Assembly: GCA_024654485.1 (NCBI GenBank)
Contig: JANLHO010000004.1
Location: forward strand, 1 to 39,118
Origin: Patescibacteria group bacterium
GTDB lineage: Bacteria; Patescibacteriota; Minisyncoccia; Phycocordibacterales; UBA2100
Direction: 5' to 3'
DNA length: 39,118 nt
Shown here: positions 8,963-17,443 of the stretch, piece by piece
How the letters are laid out: each line of letters opens with the position of its first letter
Numbering within the stretch: the stretch's first letter is position 1
The notes under the pieces: generated by a model
Told to the model about the DNA's origin: nothing
The model's database searches: none
What the model saw: the letters and a program-made list of their open reading frames with translations, nothing else
Program-made: the position numbers and the translations under genes

Positions 8963-9100
8963 CTACGAAACGAGTCCGACTAGATTCCGGAAGAAATCGA
9001 GGAATAGAGTGAGGACCGAGATGAAGAAGTACACGATGAGCGTGACAAGCTGCAAAAGAAAACCCAGCACCGCATTGAGAATCGCCGAAATGGAGTCCAT
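8963..9100 (-). CDS. Possible 45-aa hydrophobic peptide
   Basis: MDSISAILNAVLGFLLQLVTLIVYFFISVLTLFLDFFRNLVGLVS. Below the track cut-off. More protein-like than the overlapping plus-strand ORF 8856-9110. Confidence 0.3.
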   Translation of the reverse strand: MDSISAILNAVLGFLLQLVTLIVYFFISVLTLFLDFFRNLVGLVS

Positions 9101-9284
9101 ACCAAAATAGTATCACATTCCCCACCCCGGATTAAATGTGAAGGTTTAGCCTCCGCAAGTAATCCCTCTAGTCTCTAAACACCAGTGGCTAGTCGCCAGC
9201 TTGAATACCCGCGAAAAAGCGGGGCGACTCCCAAAAGCCCCAGAAAACCAAACAACCCGAACCACCACCGACTTTTTATATGCA

Positions 9285-9521
9285 TCAATCGCGCTTCTCA
9301 ACGACGATAGTGCACTTTGCTACAAGCGCAGCGATAGCTCCCGCGGCCGCTAGCAAAGGCGCTATGAGCGCCCCCACGGCGCCTACGGTCACCGGAAATT
9401 CTATGAGGGTCTTCCCCTCTTCGTTCTTGATGCTGATGCGCCGAGCATTGCCCTCCTTTATGACGCGCTTGATGAATGAAACGACATCATCCCCCGCCAC
9501 CTTGAATTCTTCCGTACTCAT
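9285..9521 (-). CDS. DUF4342-like small protein
   Basis: 78 aa. IKEGNARRISIKNEEGKTLIEFPVTVGAVGALIAPLLAAAGAIAALVAKCTIVVEK matches my recollection of the DUF4342 pattern. Confidence 0.65.
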   Translation of the reverse strand: MSTEEFKVAGDDVVSFIKRVIKEGNARRISIKNEEGKTLIEFPVTVGAVGALIAPLLAAAGAIAALVAKCTIVVEKRD

Positions 9522-9611
9522 AGCATTACTATACCAAATCCCCGCCGCCTCAAAAATACGCGCGCTTACGACAGGGGAAGGATTTTTAGAGCCTACCTTT
9601 TGTACATTGGG

Positions 9612-9670
9612 AAACCGGCTAGTTTTCGTCCATGAGGCGCCAGAGATAGAAGCAAGCCACCGTGCGGTGG
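9612..9670. repeat. 59-bp direct repeat, distal copy (orphan copy of the last 17 codons, stop and 8 nt of the glycosylase gene)
   Basis: 55 of 59 nt are identical to 10432-10490. On the minus strand it still reads HRTVACFYLWRLMDEN*, but an in-frame TAG lies immediately upstream. Confidence 0.9.
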
Positions 9671-9708
9671 TAACCGGCGGGCGAACGCTAGTGGGAATCT
9701 TTTTTGCT

Positions 9709-10401
9709 CTAACGGAACCATGCTAGTTTTGATCGAGAAACCTCAACAATCGATTTCTCGCTCAAATCGTAGAGTACGATTTTTCCCGTAGAGGCATCAT
9801 AGAGCATATTATGCGGCCCCATGTCTTCGAACGTGGAAAGTGCTGCCTCTATCTTCCTTGCTTTTGAGTCCAACTCTACATACTCGGGATGCTCTTGGGT
9901 TCCATGATTTTCTTCTATTTGCTCTAGGCGCTTAGATACGGTCGGCAGATTTATCCACCTGCTGACAAAATAACTCCTTCCTGTACCTTGATATCCGAGC
10001 AACGGCTCTACTACATCAACCCCTGGGACGTCCTCCAGAAGGTCTTTAGCCCTTAGCGTACTCGCGTATTCGTCAGTACCCTTTGCAGTTACACCAGACA
10101 GGACTCTATCTTTCTCTATCTTGACTAAAAACGAGGAGTCGTTCGTTGATACTTTGAGAACGTGACGCCTATGATTTTCACCAGAACGCCATCCTTTTAT
10201 CAGATTAATTGTGCCGGACTCTGATATAAATGACGGATGCTCTGCCAATTGTTGCCATGTCATTGAATCCAGCTGCTTCAGTACATCTTTCAGTGCTCTC
10301 ACTGTTTCCGGATTAGCCTTCAACCAAGCCCTAAAGTCCTCGTTGTATACCAAGCTTCGTGTATCCGTACTCTTTATCCGCTCAATCATAGAATCCGTCA
10401 C
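9709..10401 (-). CDS. Small protein-kinase-like-fold protein (RIO/Kdo/APH-like), function unknown
   Basis: Visibly AT-richer than its flanks. FLVKIEK (beta3-Lys-like), EDMGPHNMLYD (D-x4-N catalytic loop) and KIVLYDLSE (DFG-equivalent Asp). The track start is GTG; an ATG at 10389 with AAGGTGA 8 nt upstream is an alternative start. Confidence 0.6.
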   Translation of the reverse strand: MTDSMIERIKSTDTRSLVYNEDFRAWLKANPETVRALKDVLKQLDSMTWQQLAEHPSFISESGTINLIKGWRSGENHRRHVLKVSTNDSSFLVKIEKDRVLSGVTAKGTDEYASTLRAKDLLEDVPGVDVVEPLLGYQGTGRSYFVSRWINLPTVSKRLEQIEENHGTQEHPEYVELDSKARKIEAALSTFEDMGPHNMLYDASTGKIVLYDLSEKSIVEVSRSKLAWFR

Positions 10402-10431
10402 CTTATCATCTCACAAATTTTCGGGCTTAGT

Positions 10432-10490
10432 AAATCGGCTAGTTTTCGTCCATGAGGCGCCAGAGGTAGAAGCAGGCGACCGTGCGGTGG
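10432..10490. repeat. 59-bp direct repeat, proximal copy (genuine 3' end of the glycosylase gene)
   Basis: See 9612-9670. Covers the last 17 codons, the stop (10439-10441) and 8 nt beyond it on the 3' side (lower coordinates). Confidence 0.9.
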
Positions 10491-11062
10491 CCCCGCCAGC
10501 CCTTGGCTAGGAGGTGCATTTGCTCTGTGGTCGGGAGGGTTTTCAGGCCGAAGAGCTTTTTGAAGCCTTTTTGGATGCCGAGGTCGCCGGTGGGCAGGAT
10601 GTCGGGGCGGCCGAGGGTAAACATCATAAACATATGCGCAGTCCACTCCCCTATCCCTTTCACCGCCGTCACGTGGGCAATGACTTCCTCATCCGTCATC
10701 TTGGGAAATTTTTTCGTGTCTATCGTGCCGTCGGTGCATTTCTGCGCGAGGTCTTTGAGATAGGCGGACTTTTGCGCCGAGATGCCCGCGCTGCGCAGCT
10801 TCGCGGTGCGTATCTTCAAAACGTCCTCCGGCGTCGGAAACCTTTTACCCGGGAAAAGCGCGATGAATCTCCGTAGGATGGTCTCGGCCGCCTTTCCAGA
10901 GAGCTGCTGGAAGATGATGGTTCGTGCAAGCGATTGGAAAGCGCTCCTTGAGTGCCTCCGTCGGTGTGTGATGGCTCCATGCTTCTTTATGAAAGCACCC
11001 AAATGCGGATCGCGTGCGAGGCGGCGCGCCGATAGCTCAAGATTTTTTCGCTTTGCAGCCAT
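10439..11062 (-). CDS. alkA: DNA-3-methyladenine glycosylase II family (HhH-GPD)
   Basis: 207 aa. IIFQQLSGKAAETI, helix-hairpin-helix VKGIGEWTAHMFMMF and LPTGDLGIQKG with the catalytic Asp context. Confidence 0.8.
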   Translation of the reverse strand: MAAKRKNLELSARRLARDPHLGAFIKKHGAITHRRRHSRSAFQSLARTIIFQQLSGKAAETILRRFIALFPGKRFPTPEDVLKIRTAKLRSAGISAQKSAYLKDLAQKCTDGTIDTKKFPKMTDEEVIAHVTAVKGIGEWTAHMFMMFTLGRPDILPTGDLGIQKGFKKLFGLKTLPTTEQMHLLAKGWRGHRTVACFYLWRLMDEN

Positions 11063-11118
11063 AAGGCACCCCGTGGGTACGAATCATCCCACAAACATTC
11101 CTACAACTCTATTCTGAA

Positions 11119-12000
11119 TTACCGAATCCCCGTATCGCATGAGAGGTCAGCCACAAGCAGCGTGTCCGGTCCAATGGTGACATTTGTCGTCCCGCAGCTG
11201 GGAAAAGGAATACCTCCTATCGCCTGAAGGACATATTCGCCCGGCGGAAGAAACACTTTGTACACGCCCTCTTTGTCTGTTTCTACTGTGGCAAACGGCG
11301 AACTCCTGGCGTTCCCTACCGCTACAACCTGCACGGTCGTCTGGTACGGCCGGTCGTCACAATCCGGATCGGGTGGATCTCGCATCACCGGACACGTCGG
11401 CCCGAGCAAAACCCTGCCGGTAACACCCGATTTGAAAGGCAGTATGCCTGTACCCTTAGGGCTGGCCTCTTTGAAGAAGACCGGTATTTCCAAAGCGTCG
11501 TCATACTGCGAAAGGCCGGATGGATTGTCCTTCTGGAGTATAAGCGTACCCCTGTTGCTGTACACGTCTTTGTCTACCGTGAAAGTGAGAGTGGCTGCAA
11601 ATGGTACGAAATCAGTGGTCATCCACTCACCGTCTGCGGTAGCGATGCCCTCTGCGATGATGCGCCCGTCCCAGTCGGTCAGAACGACCGGAAAATCTCC
11701 TTCAAAAAACCAATTCCCACGCGCTTCTCCCGAGATAGCAAGCGGACTTTCTATGGTCTGATTGGGTCGCGGTGAGTCAAGGCGAATAAGGTCGGCCTTG
11801 TCCAGCTCATTGCCGATATCTTCCGTAAAGGTCCGCTCGCCGTCGCGGCACTGCCTCGGATAAGACTCCATTACCGGATTACCCGCTGCCACGCACTCCG
11901 CAAAATCGGTAGCCTGTGTGGAGGTCTCCACGCCGAACTGCCACCAAACAAATATGGCCGCGGCGAGTACCAAGACCGCGATAGGTATAATTTTCTTCAT
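11119..12000 (-). CDS. Secreted Gmad2 immunoglobulin-like domain protein with a C-terminal beta-sandwich (carboxypeptidase-regulatory-like) domain
   Basis: Signal/TM. SPLAISGEARGNWFFEGDFPVVLTDWDGRIIAEG...GEWMTTDFVPF is the Gmad2 pattern. The C-terminus reads GRVLLGPTCP...EGVYKVFLPPGEYVLQA. Confidence 0.7.
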   Translation of the reverse strand: MKKIIPIAVLVLAAAIFVWWQFGVETSTQATDFAECVAAGNPVMESYPRQCRDGERTFTEDIGNELDKADLIRLDSPRPNQTIESPLAISGEARGNWFFEGDFPVVLTDWDGRIIAEGIATADGEWMTTDFVPFAATLTFTVDKDVYSNRGTLILQKDNPSGLSQYDDALEIPVFFKEASPKGTGILPFKSGVTGRVLLGPTCPVMRDPPDPDCDDRPYQTTVQVVAVGNARSSPFATVETDKEGVYKVFLPPGEYVLQAIGGIPFPSCGTTNVTIGPDTLLVADLSCDTGIR

Positions 12001-12006
12001 ACGTCT

Positions 12007-12864
12007 TTATCGTTCCTGACGTATGACGGAGCCATCTGCGTTGGTGCGGAAGACATTTTGCTTGCCGGCCGCTTGTGTCGTCACCTCCCATCCGGGGGTG
12101 ATAACCTGAGCGCACATCTCGTTCGCACCGGCGAGTCCCAGACAGGAGTCGGGCCACTCCCTCTCATATGCCGAGAGAATGATGACCAGTCCTTCGCTCA
12201 CTCCCGATACTTCCGCCACATGTACACGAACGGCGGCGACCGCTTCCGGAACCGGAAGATTGTGTATGCTTCCCGGAGGCGCGTTGTCGGCGGAGGTAGG
12301 GATATTGCCGTCACCGAACTCCACCGATCGCAGGATATCTTCAAAGTCGGCGCGTATCCGGTCCGTCGGCGAATTGTAGAATGCGGTAAACATATAAACG
12401 TAAGACGGAAGCGCCACCACGACGTTGTCGTTCTCATACAGCCCTGTCGCGCTGTACTTCAGACCAGTCTCGCCACCTACCGAGATCTCTGCAGTATTGC
12501 CGTCGGAGAGTTTGAAGTTGGAGAAATTGGTACCCTCCACAAAGCCCCGCGTCGTGTAGTTGTCAAGATCGTTCTGGAAAATGGTGATTGTGATCGTCGG
12601 AGGACCTTCGGTCGCCGACCGGGGGTCGGAAAAGAGCGCCCTGTTCTCCGGCGTATCTTCCGCAAGCACTATCGCATGCCGATTGCGTTCACCTGTAGTG
12701 CTACTTTCATGCGCAACAAAATATCCGGACGGATATGCGAAACTCAATCCATACTCATCGGATCGGTACGTGGCGGGAGTTATCTCCTGCGTGACAGGAA
12801 TAAAATATAAGACGCCTGCGGCGAGGATGGCTAAAGCCACGAAGGTCAGGAATAGTTTTTGCAT
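12007..12864 (-). CDS. Membrane-anchored/secreted protein, unknown function
   Basis: Start moved to MQKLFLTFVALAILAAGVLYF (ATG at 12864). The upstream 56 codons of the track ORF overlap the RluA-family gene and are not protein-like. Confidence 0.6.
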   Translation of the reverse strand: MQKLFLTFVALAILAAGVLYFIPVTQEITPATYRSDEYGLSFAYPSGYFVAHESSTTGERNRHAIVLAEDTPENRALFSDPRSATEGPPTITITIFQNDLDNYTTRGFVEGTNFSNFKLSDGNTAEISVGGETGLKYSATGLYENDNVVVALPSYVYMFTAFYNSPTDRIRADFEDILRSVEFGDGNIPTSADNAPPGSIHNLPVPEAVAAVRVHVAEVSGVSEGLVIILSAYEREWPDSCLGLAGANEMCAQVITPGWEVTTQAAGKQNVFRTNADGSVIRQER

Positions 12865-12883
12865 GCGTACATAATGCCATGGA

Positions 12884-13609
12884 TCAGGATTTTGGGAAAT
12901 CCGGCGGCAAGGGGGCGGTGAATTCGGCCTTTTGGCCGCTTGGCAGCGTGAGCGAAATACTGTGGGAGTGGAGTGCGGGGCGCGTAAAGCCGAGTATGGG
13001 CGCACATTCTGGAGCATACAGCCGGTCGGCAACTATTCCGTGGCCGATATGGGCGAGATGAACGCGGATCTGGTGCGTCCGCCCCGTCCTAGGCCGCGCC
13101 TCTACGTACGAAGCAGGTTCGCCCGTGGCGGGGTCCGACAGCTTCTCCAGAAGCTCCCACTCCGTGATGGCCGCGCGCTTGTCGCTCTTCTCGCAGACGC
13201 GCGCGTACCATCGGCGTGGCGACTCGGAACTGCGCATGATTTCTGCAACGATGATGCCCTTCTCATTTTCCATATGCCCGTGCACGTAGACGCGATATGT
13301 CTTCTCAATTCGCCGAGCTTTGAATTCACTCTTGAGATATCCGTACATTTCAGAAGTCTTAGCGACGAGCAAGACTCCGCTCGTCGTCCTGTCCAGTCGG
13401 TGCACGATTCCGTTCAGGTCAATGTTCTCGCCCTGCGGGGAGACCCACGCGCCGCCGATGCCTTTGAGCGCCGGATACTCTTTAGCGAGCCACTCGGCGA
13501 CACTCGGCTCCTCGGTGCGACCGTCGCTGTGCACGATAAGCCCTGCGGGCTTGTCTAACGCCAGCATTTCTTCGGTCTCTGCCAGTACTTTCGGCACAAC
13601 TGTAGGCAA
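12884..13609 (-). CDS. RluA-family pseudouridine synthase (no S4 domain)
   Basis: GIVHRLDRTTSGVLLVAKT (catalytic Asp motif) and RTGRTHQIRVHLAHIGH. Confidence 0.88.
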   Translation of the reverse strand: MPTVVPKVLAETEEMLALDKPAGLIVHSDGRTEEPSVAEWLAKEYPALKGIGGAWVSPQGENIDLNGIVHRLDRTTSGVLLVAKTSEMYGYLKSEFKARRIEKTYRVYVHGHMENEKGIIVAEIMRSSESPRRWYARVCEKSDKRAAITEWELLEKLSDPATGEPASYVEARPRTGRTHQIRVHLAHIGHGIVADRLYAPECAPILGFTRPALHSHSISLTLPSGQKAEFTAPLPPDFPKS

Positions 13610-13625
13610 CGTGAACCCAGGAATC

Positions 13626-14078
13626 CTAGCGCACCTTTGTGAAGGAAAGTATGTTGCCCATGCCGGAGAGATATATCATCTCAAGCGACGTATCCGTAAG
13701 CGTGAATATGGAGAAGTACAGCGGCTCTTCGCCGGAGAACGATATAGCGATAACACTCATGCCCTCCAGAGCGGAAGCGGGCACCGGAAGATCGGTTTGC
13801 GACGCGTCTACACTGGCGTACGTACCCGTCTGCGTCGCCGAAGGCACGCCTTCGTAGCTATCAGTCACAGTACCGTCAACCCTGAACTCACGCATGAATT
13901 TCGGGTCCTGGGTGGAGCGCCATGTGCCGACCAGCGCGTCCTGCGTATTTTCAGCGCCCGTTGCACTCTCCTGCGTTGCGGAAGCCTGCTGCAAAACAAC
14001 GCGATTATCGTGGAAATAATACGCGAGTCCCGCAAGGACAATCAGAACTCCTATAAGCCACCAGACAGACTTGTTCAT
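13626..14078 (-). CDS. Membrane-anchored protein, unknown function
   Basis: 150-aa ORF with an N-terminal TM (WWLIGVLIVLAGLAYYF) and a beta-rich ectodomain. No family recognised. Confidence 0.55.
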   Translation of the reverse strand: MNKSVWWLIGVLIVLAGLAYYFHDNRVVLQQASATQESATGAENTQDALVGTWRSTQDPKFMREFRVDGTVTDSYEGVPSATQTGTYASVDASQTDLPVPASALEGMSVIAISFSGEEPLYFSIFTLTDTSLEMIYLSGMGNILSFTKVR

Positions 14079-14088
14079 ATTATGTTTT

Positions 14089-14529
14089 TTATCGCTCTTC
14101 TAAATCAAGACACACCGAATTGATGCAGTAGCGCTTGCCCGTCTTGGTCGGGCCGTCGTCAAATACGTGCCCCAAGTGCGAACCGCAGCGCGCGCAGGTT
14201 ATCTCGGTGCGAGTCATTCCATGAGATGTGTCGGAGTGCTGCTCTATCGCACCCGGCAGCGCCTCATCAAAAGAAGGCCACCCTGTGCCGGAATCAAATT
14301 TCGCGTACGAAGAGAACAGTGCGTTGCCGCATGCTTTGCACTCGTAAGTTCCGTCGGCCTTTTCGTGGACGTATTCGCCGCTGAAAGGCGCCTCCGTCCC
14401 TTTCTCGCGCAGTATCTCGTACTGCTCCGGCGTGAGATTCTTCTTCCATTCTTCTTCGCTGTCCGGCATGGGTTTCTTTCCGGCAGAGACGGATCCGCCT
14501 TGGGCGGACATATTGTCAGCAGAGCTCAT
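14089..14529 (-). CDS. msrB: Peptide-methionine (R)-S-oxide reductase
   Basis: Two CxxC pairs (CKAC, CARC), GTGWPSF and [21 protein letters not shown]...RYCINS. Confidence 0.92.
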   Translation of the reverse strand: MSSADNMSAQGGSVSAGKKPMPDSEEEWKKNLTPEQYEILREKGTEAPFSGEYVHEKADGTYECKACGNALFSSYAKFDSGTGWPSFDEALPGAIEQHSDTSHGMTRTEITCARCGSHLGHVFDDGPTKTGKRYCINSVCLDLEER

Positions 14530-14560
14530 GGGACAATTATATCAAACCAGCTACCGATTA

Positions 14561-16357
14561 TCACTGACGTCTGGCACGCGTTCTGTCTATATCCGTAAGT
14601 TGCTGCTTACGCAAACGCACGGATTTCGGCGTTATTTCAAGATATTCGTCCTCGGCCATGACCTCCAGCCCGCGCTCTATGGTGAGCTCAAACGGCGGCA
14701 CCAGCTGTATGGCGTCGTCAGAGGACTTGGAGCGCATGTTGGTAAGCTGCTTGCCTTTGGACGGGTTGACGGTCATCTCCTCGCCCTTTGACGTGTTGCC
14801 CATGACCTGTCCTTCGTATACTTCCGACCCCGGACCGATGTAAAGGACGCCTCGCTCCTGCAGATTCCAGAGCGCATAGCCGAGAGCTTTGCCGGACACC
14901 ATGGATATCATGGAGCCCACCTGCTTTTTCTTTATCTCGCCGGCGTGATCCCTGAATCCGATGGTGCGCGAAGAAATTATACCCTCGCCCTTCGTATCAA
15001 GTACGAACTGATTGCGATAGCCCAAGAGGCCCCGGGTCGGGCCTTCAAATATGAGGCGCACCTGGTTCTCGTGAACCTTCATGTCCTTAATTATGAACTT
15101 CCGCGTCCCGAGGCGCTCTATGATGGGACCCTGATATTCCGATGGCGTGTCTATCACGACCTCTTCATATGGTTCCAGCTTCTTGCCATTCTCCTCGCGG
15201 AAAATGACCTGCGGCTGCGATACCTGCACCTCATACCCCTCGCGGCGCATGTTCTCCAGAAGAATCGCGATATGCAGCTCGCCTCGGCCGGAAACCTTGA
15301 AGGTGTCGCCTTCCGAGAAGTCCACACGCAGACCTACATTTACCTCAAGCTCGCGCTCAAGCCTGTCGCGTATCTGGCGCGATGTGACATATGTGCCCTC
15401 GCGCCCCGAGAACGGGGAACTGTTTACGAGAAAGTTGAGAGTTATCGTCGGGTCATCCACGTGGATGGAAGGCAGCGCATCCACATCGGCATTTGTGGCT
15501 ATAGTCTCTCCGATAAATATATCGGGCAGTCCCGCCACCATCACAATGTCTCCGGCATCCGCCGACGCGGCGTCTACGCGCTTCAGGCCATGAAAGGTGA
15601 AGAGCTTGGTGAGCTTGCCGTTTCGCGTCTCTCCGTTTGCTCCTTTCACGAAGACGCTATCTCCAGACTTTAAAACACCATCATAGACGCGCGCTATCGC
15701 CAGGCGTCCGAGGAAATTGTCGTATGCCAGATTGAAAGGCTGCGCACGCGCCGGCAGGGCGAGTGCTTCTTTTGAGGCGGCGGCCGGCACTCGCTCCAGA
15801 ATGGTGTCAAGAAGCGGCGTTAGGTCGGCTCCGGCCGGCGTATCGTCGGAAAGTTTCAGTTTCGCTATGCCCTGCTTGCCTATCGTGTAGACGACGGGGA
15901 AATCCGCCTGTTCGTCCGTGGCACCAAGCTCCAGAAAAAGCTCCAGCACTTGCTCCTCGCATTTGTGCGGATCGGCCGCCGGTTTATCTATCTTGTTGAT
16001 TACCACTATCGGTTTGAGGCCGAGCTCAAGCGATTTTTTCAAAACGAAGCGCGTTTGCGGCATAGGACCTTCCTGCGCGTCTACCACAAGAAGAACGCTG
16101 TCTATGGAGCGCAGAACGCGCTCCACTTCGCTGCCGAAATCGGCGTGACCGGGCGTATCTACGATATTTATTTTTGTATCCTTGTATGAGACAGCCGCGT
16201 TCTTGGAATAAATCGTTATGCCGCGTTCCAACTCAAGCGCGTTGGAGTCCATGGATACGCCCTCTTCAGCGGCCCCAGTCTGACGCAGCAGTGCATCCGT
16301 CAAGGTCGTTTTCCCATGATCGACATGGGCTATGATTGCTATATTCCTAATTTCCAT
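14561..16357 (-). CDS. typA: Translational GTPase TypA/BipA
   Basis: [27 protein letters not shown] and NKIDK, with EF-G-like domains throughout. Start placed at ATG 16357 rather than the TTG at 16384 used by the track. Confidence 0.93.
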   Translation of the reverse strand: MEIRNIAIIAHVDHGKTTLTDALLRQTGAAEEGVSMDSNALELERGITIYSKNAAVSYKDTKINIVDTPGHADFGSEVERVLRSIDSVLLVVDAQEGPMPQTRFVLKKSLELGLKPIVVINKIDKPAADPHKCEEQVLELFLELGATDEQADFPVVYTIGKQGIAKLKLSDDTPAGADLTPLLDTILERVPAAASKEALALPARAQPFNLAYDNFLGRLAIARVYDGVLKSGDSVFVKGANGETRNGKLTKLFTFHGLKRVDAASADAGDIVMVAGLPDIFIGETIATNADVDALPSIHVDDPTITLNFLVNSSPFSGREGTYVTSRQIRDRLERELEVNVGLRVDFSEGDTFKVSGRGELHIAILLENMRREGYEVQVSQPQVIFREENGKKLEPYEEVVIDTPSEYQGPIIERLGTRKFIIKDMKVHENQVRLIFEGPTRGLLGYRNQFVLDTKGEGIISSRTIGFRDHAGEIKKKQVGSMISMVSGKALGYALWNLQERGVLYIGPGSEVYEGQVMGNTSKGEEMTVNPSKGKQLTNMRSKSSDDAIQLVPPFELTIERGLEVMAEDEYLEITPKSVRLRKQQLTDIDRTRARRQ

Positions 16358-16439
16358 AATGGTCAACGCCTGCCCCGTAGCCAACGCGTAGCGTTGTACT
16401 ATCGGGGTGCGCGATAATAGCTATGTTGCGGATTTCCAT
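16347..16439 (-). other. Relic or upstream mini-ORF that re-encodes the TypA N-terminus
   Basis: ATG at 16439 reads [30 protein letters not shown]. Its stop lies 11 nt inside typA, in another frame. See findings. Confidence 0.6.
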
Positions 16440-16448
16440 ACACAAATG

Positions 16449-16471
16449 AAAAAAGCCCCGCGCCGCGAGGC
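16449..16471 (-). terminator. Intrinsic terminator after the DsbA-like gene
   Basis: Minus strand reads GCCTCGCGGCGCGGGGC (GC-rich hairpin with one mismatch) followed directly by TTTTTT. Confidence 0.7.
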
Positions 16472-16510
16472 GTATTCCCATACTATGCCATAAAACGGCT
16501 TACGTCAATG

Positions 16511-17242
16511 CTATTTTAGCTGCGGGTCTATAACGGAGGTGAAATCCGATAGCGGTGCCGCACCGGGTATGAGGGTCTTTCCTGTGATGAATCCCGGCGT
16601 ACCCTGTATTCCGAATTTTACTCCCTCTTCGCGATTGGCGGTGATGGCGGCGTCGTACTTGTCTTGATTGGACTCAAGAGCCTGCTTCACTTTCGCGAGA
16701 TCCATTTGCGGAAGTTCCGTGCGTATCATCTCATCTATAGAGGCTGCATCGCCGAAGCCCTGATCGCCCTCTTCGTCCTGCTCCTCGTACATCGCCGTTC
16801 GGAAAGCGAAGTATTGCTCCGGATACAAATCCCAGACGGCACGCGCATATTCGGCTCCCGTAATAGAATCCTCACCCAGGAAAGGATAATCTTTGAACAC
16901 TATGCGGAGCTTGCCGGTCTCCACGTATTGTTTGATCAGGTCGGGCACGGCAGGGTCAATGGGTATCTGGGGATGGCCCACTTCCACCGCCTTGCAATAA
17001 GGGCACTGGAAATCTGCCCAGAAAGCGAGCGTGACCGGCGCATTTTTGTCGCCTATGTACGGGTCTCCGTCCGTACTCACATCCTTTATGTCTACCTTTG
17101 GCTGTGCTGCCCCGCCGACACTGGCGCCGCCTTGGCTGGATAGGCCGAAATACAATCCGCCCGCGACCAAAACACCCGCAAGAAGAATGGCGCCGGGGAG
17201 GTAGAGCTTGCTGTAATCATTTGCGCCGGACTGCGGAGGCAT
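16511..17242 (-). CDS. DsbA-family thiol:disulfide oxidoreductase, membrane-anchored
   Basis: N-terminal TM and a thioredoxin-fold CPYC active site (FWADFQCPYCKA). Confidence 0.85.
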   Translation of the reverse strand: MPPQSGANDYSKLYLPGAILLAGVLVAGGLYFGLSSQGGASVGGAAQPKVDIKDVSTDGDPYIGDKNAPVTLAFWADFQCPYCKAVEVGHPQIPIDPAVPDLIKQYVETGKLRIVFKDYPFLGEDSITGAEYARAVWDLYPEQYFAFRTAMYEEQDEEGDQGFGDAASIDEMIRTELPQMDLAKVKQALESNQDKYDAAITANREEGVKFGIQGTPGFITGKTLIPGAAPLSDFTSVIDPQLK

Positions 17243-17443
17243 AGTCGTATCATTCTACACCATATTATTGAAACGCAAACCTGCCCGCACACCAACTTTC
17301 TCATAGCTCCGTTTTGCCGTAGGCTTGGCTAACCATTTCCACAATTTCATTTCAGGGCGAATCCATTACATTCACGTATTGTTTTCGCAAAACAATGCGA
17401 AAATTGGTGTGCGGGAGTGGGGATAGTCGGGAATGGACAGCGA

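Noticed and set aside
8856-9110. 84-aa plus-strand ORF
   Set aside because: It is a basic, low-complexity translation. The opposite strand encodes a more plausible hydrophobic 45-aa peptide that is co-directional with all its neighbours.
8957-9200. Short similar segments containing TCTAGTC...(G)ACTAG(A) at 8957-8984 and 9166-9190
   Set aside because: Only the first is a clean 7-bp inverted repeat. Similarity between the two is about two-thirds over ~27 nt, too weak to call a repeat family without a genome-wide search.
12865-13032. N-terminal 56-codon extension of ORF 12007-13032
   Set aside because: It overlaps the 3' end of the RluA-family gene and is not protein-like. An internal Met gives a classical signal/TM start (MQKLFLTFVALAIL...) 19 nt after that gene's stop.
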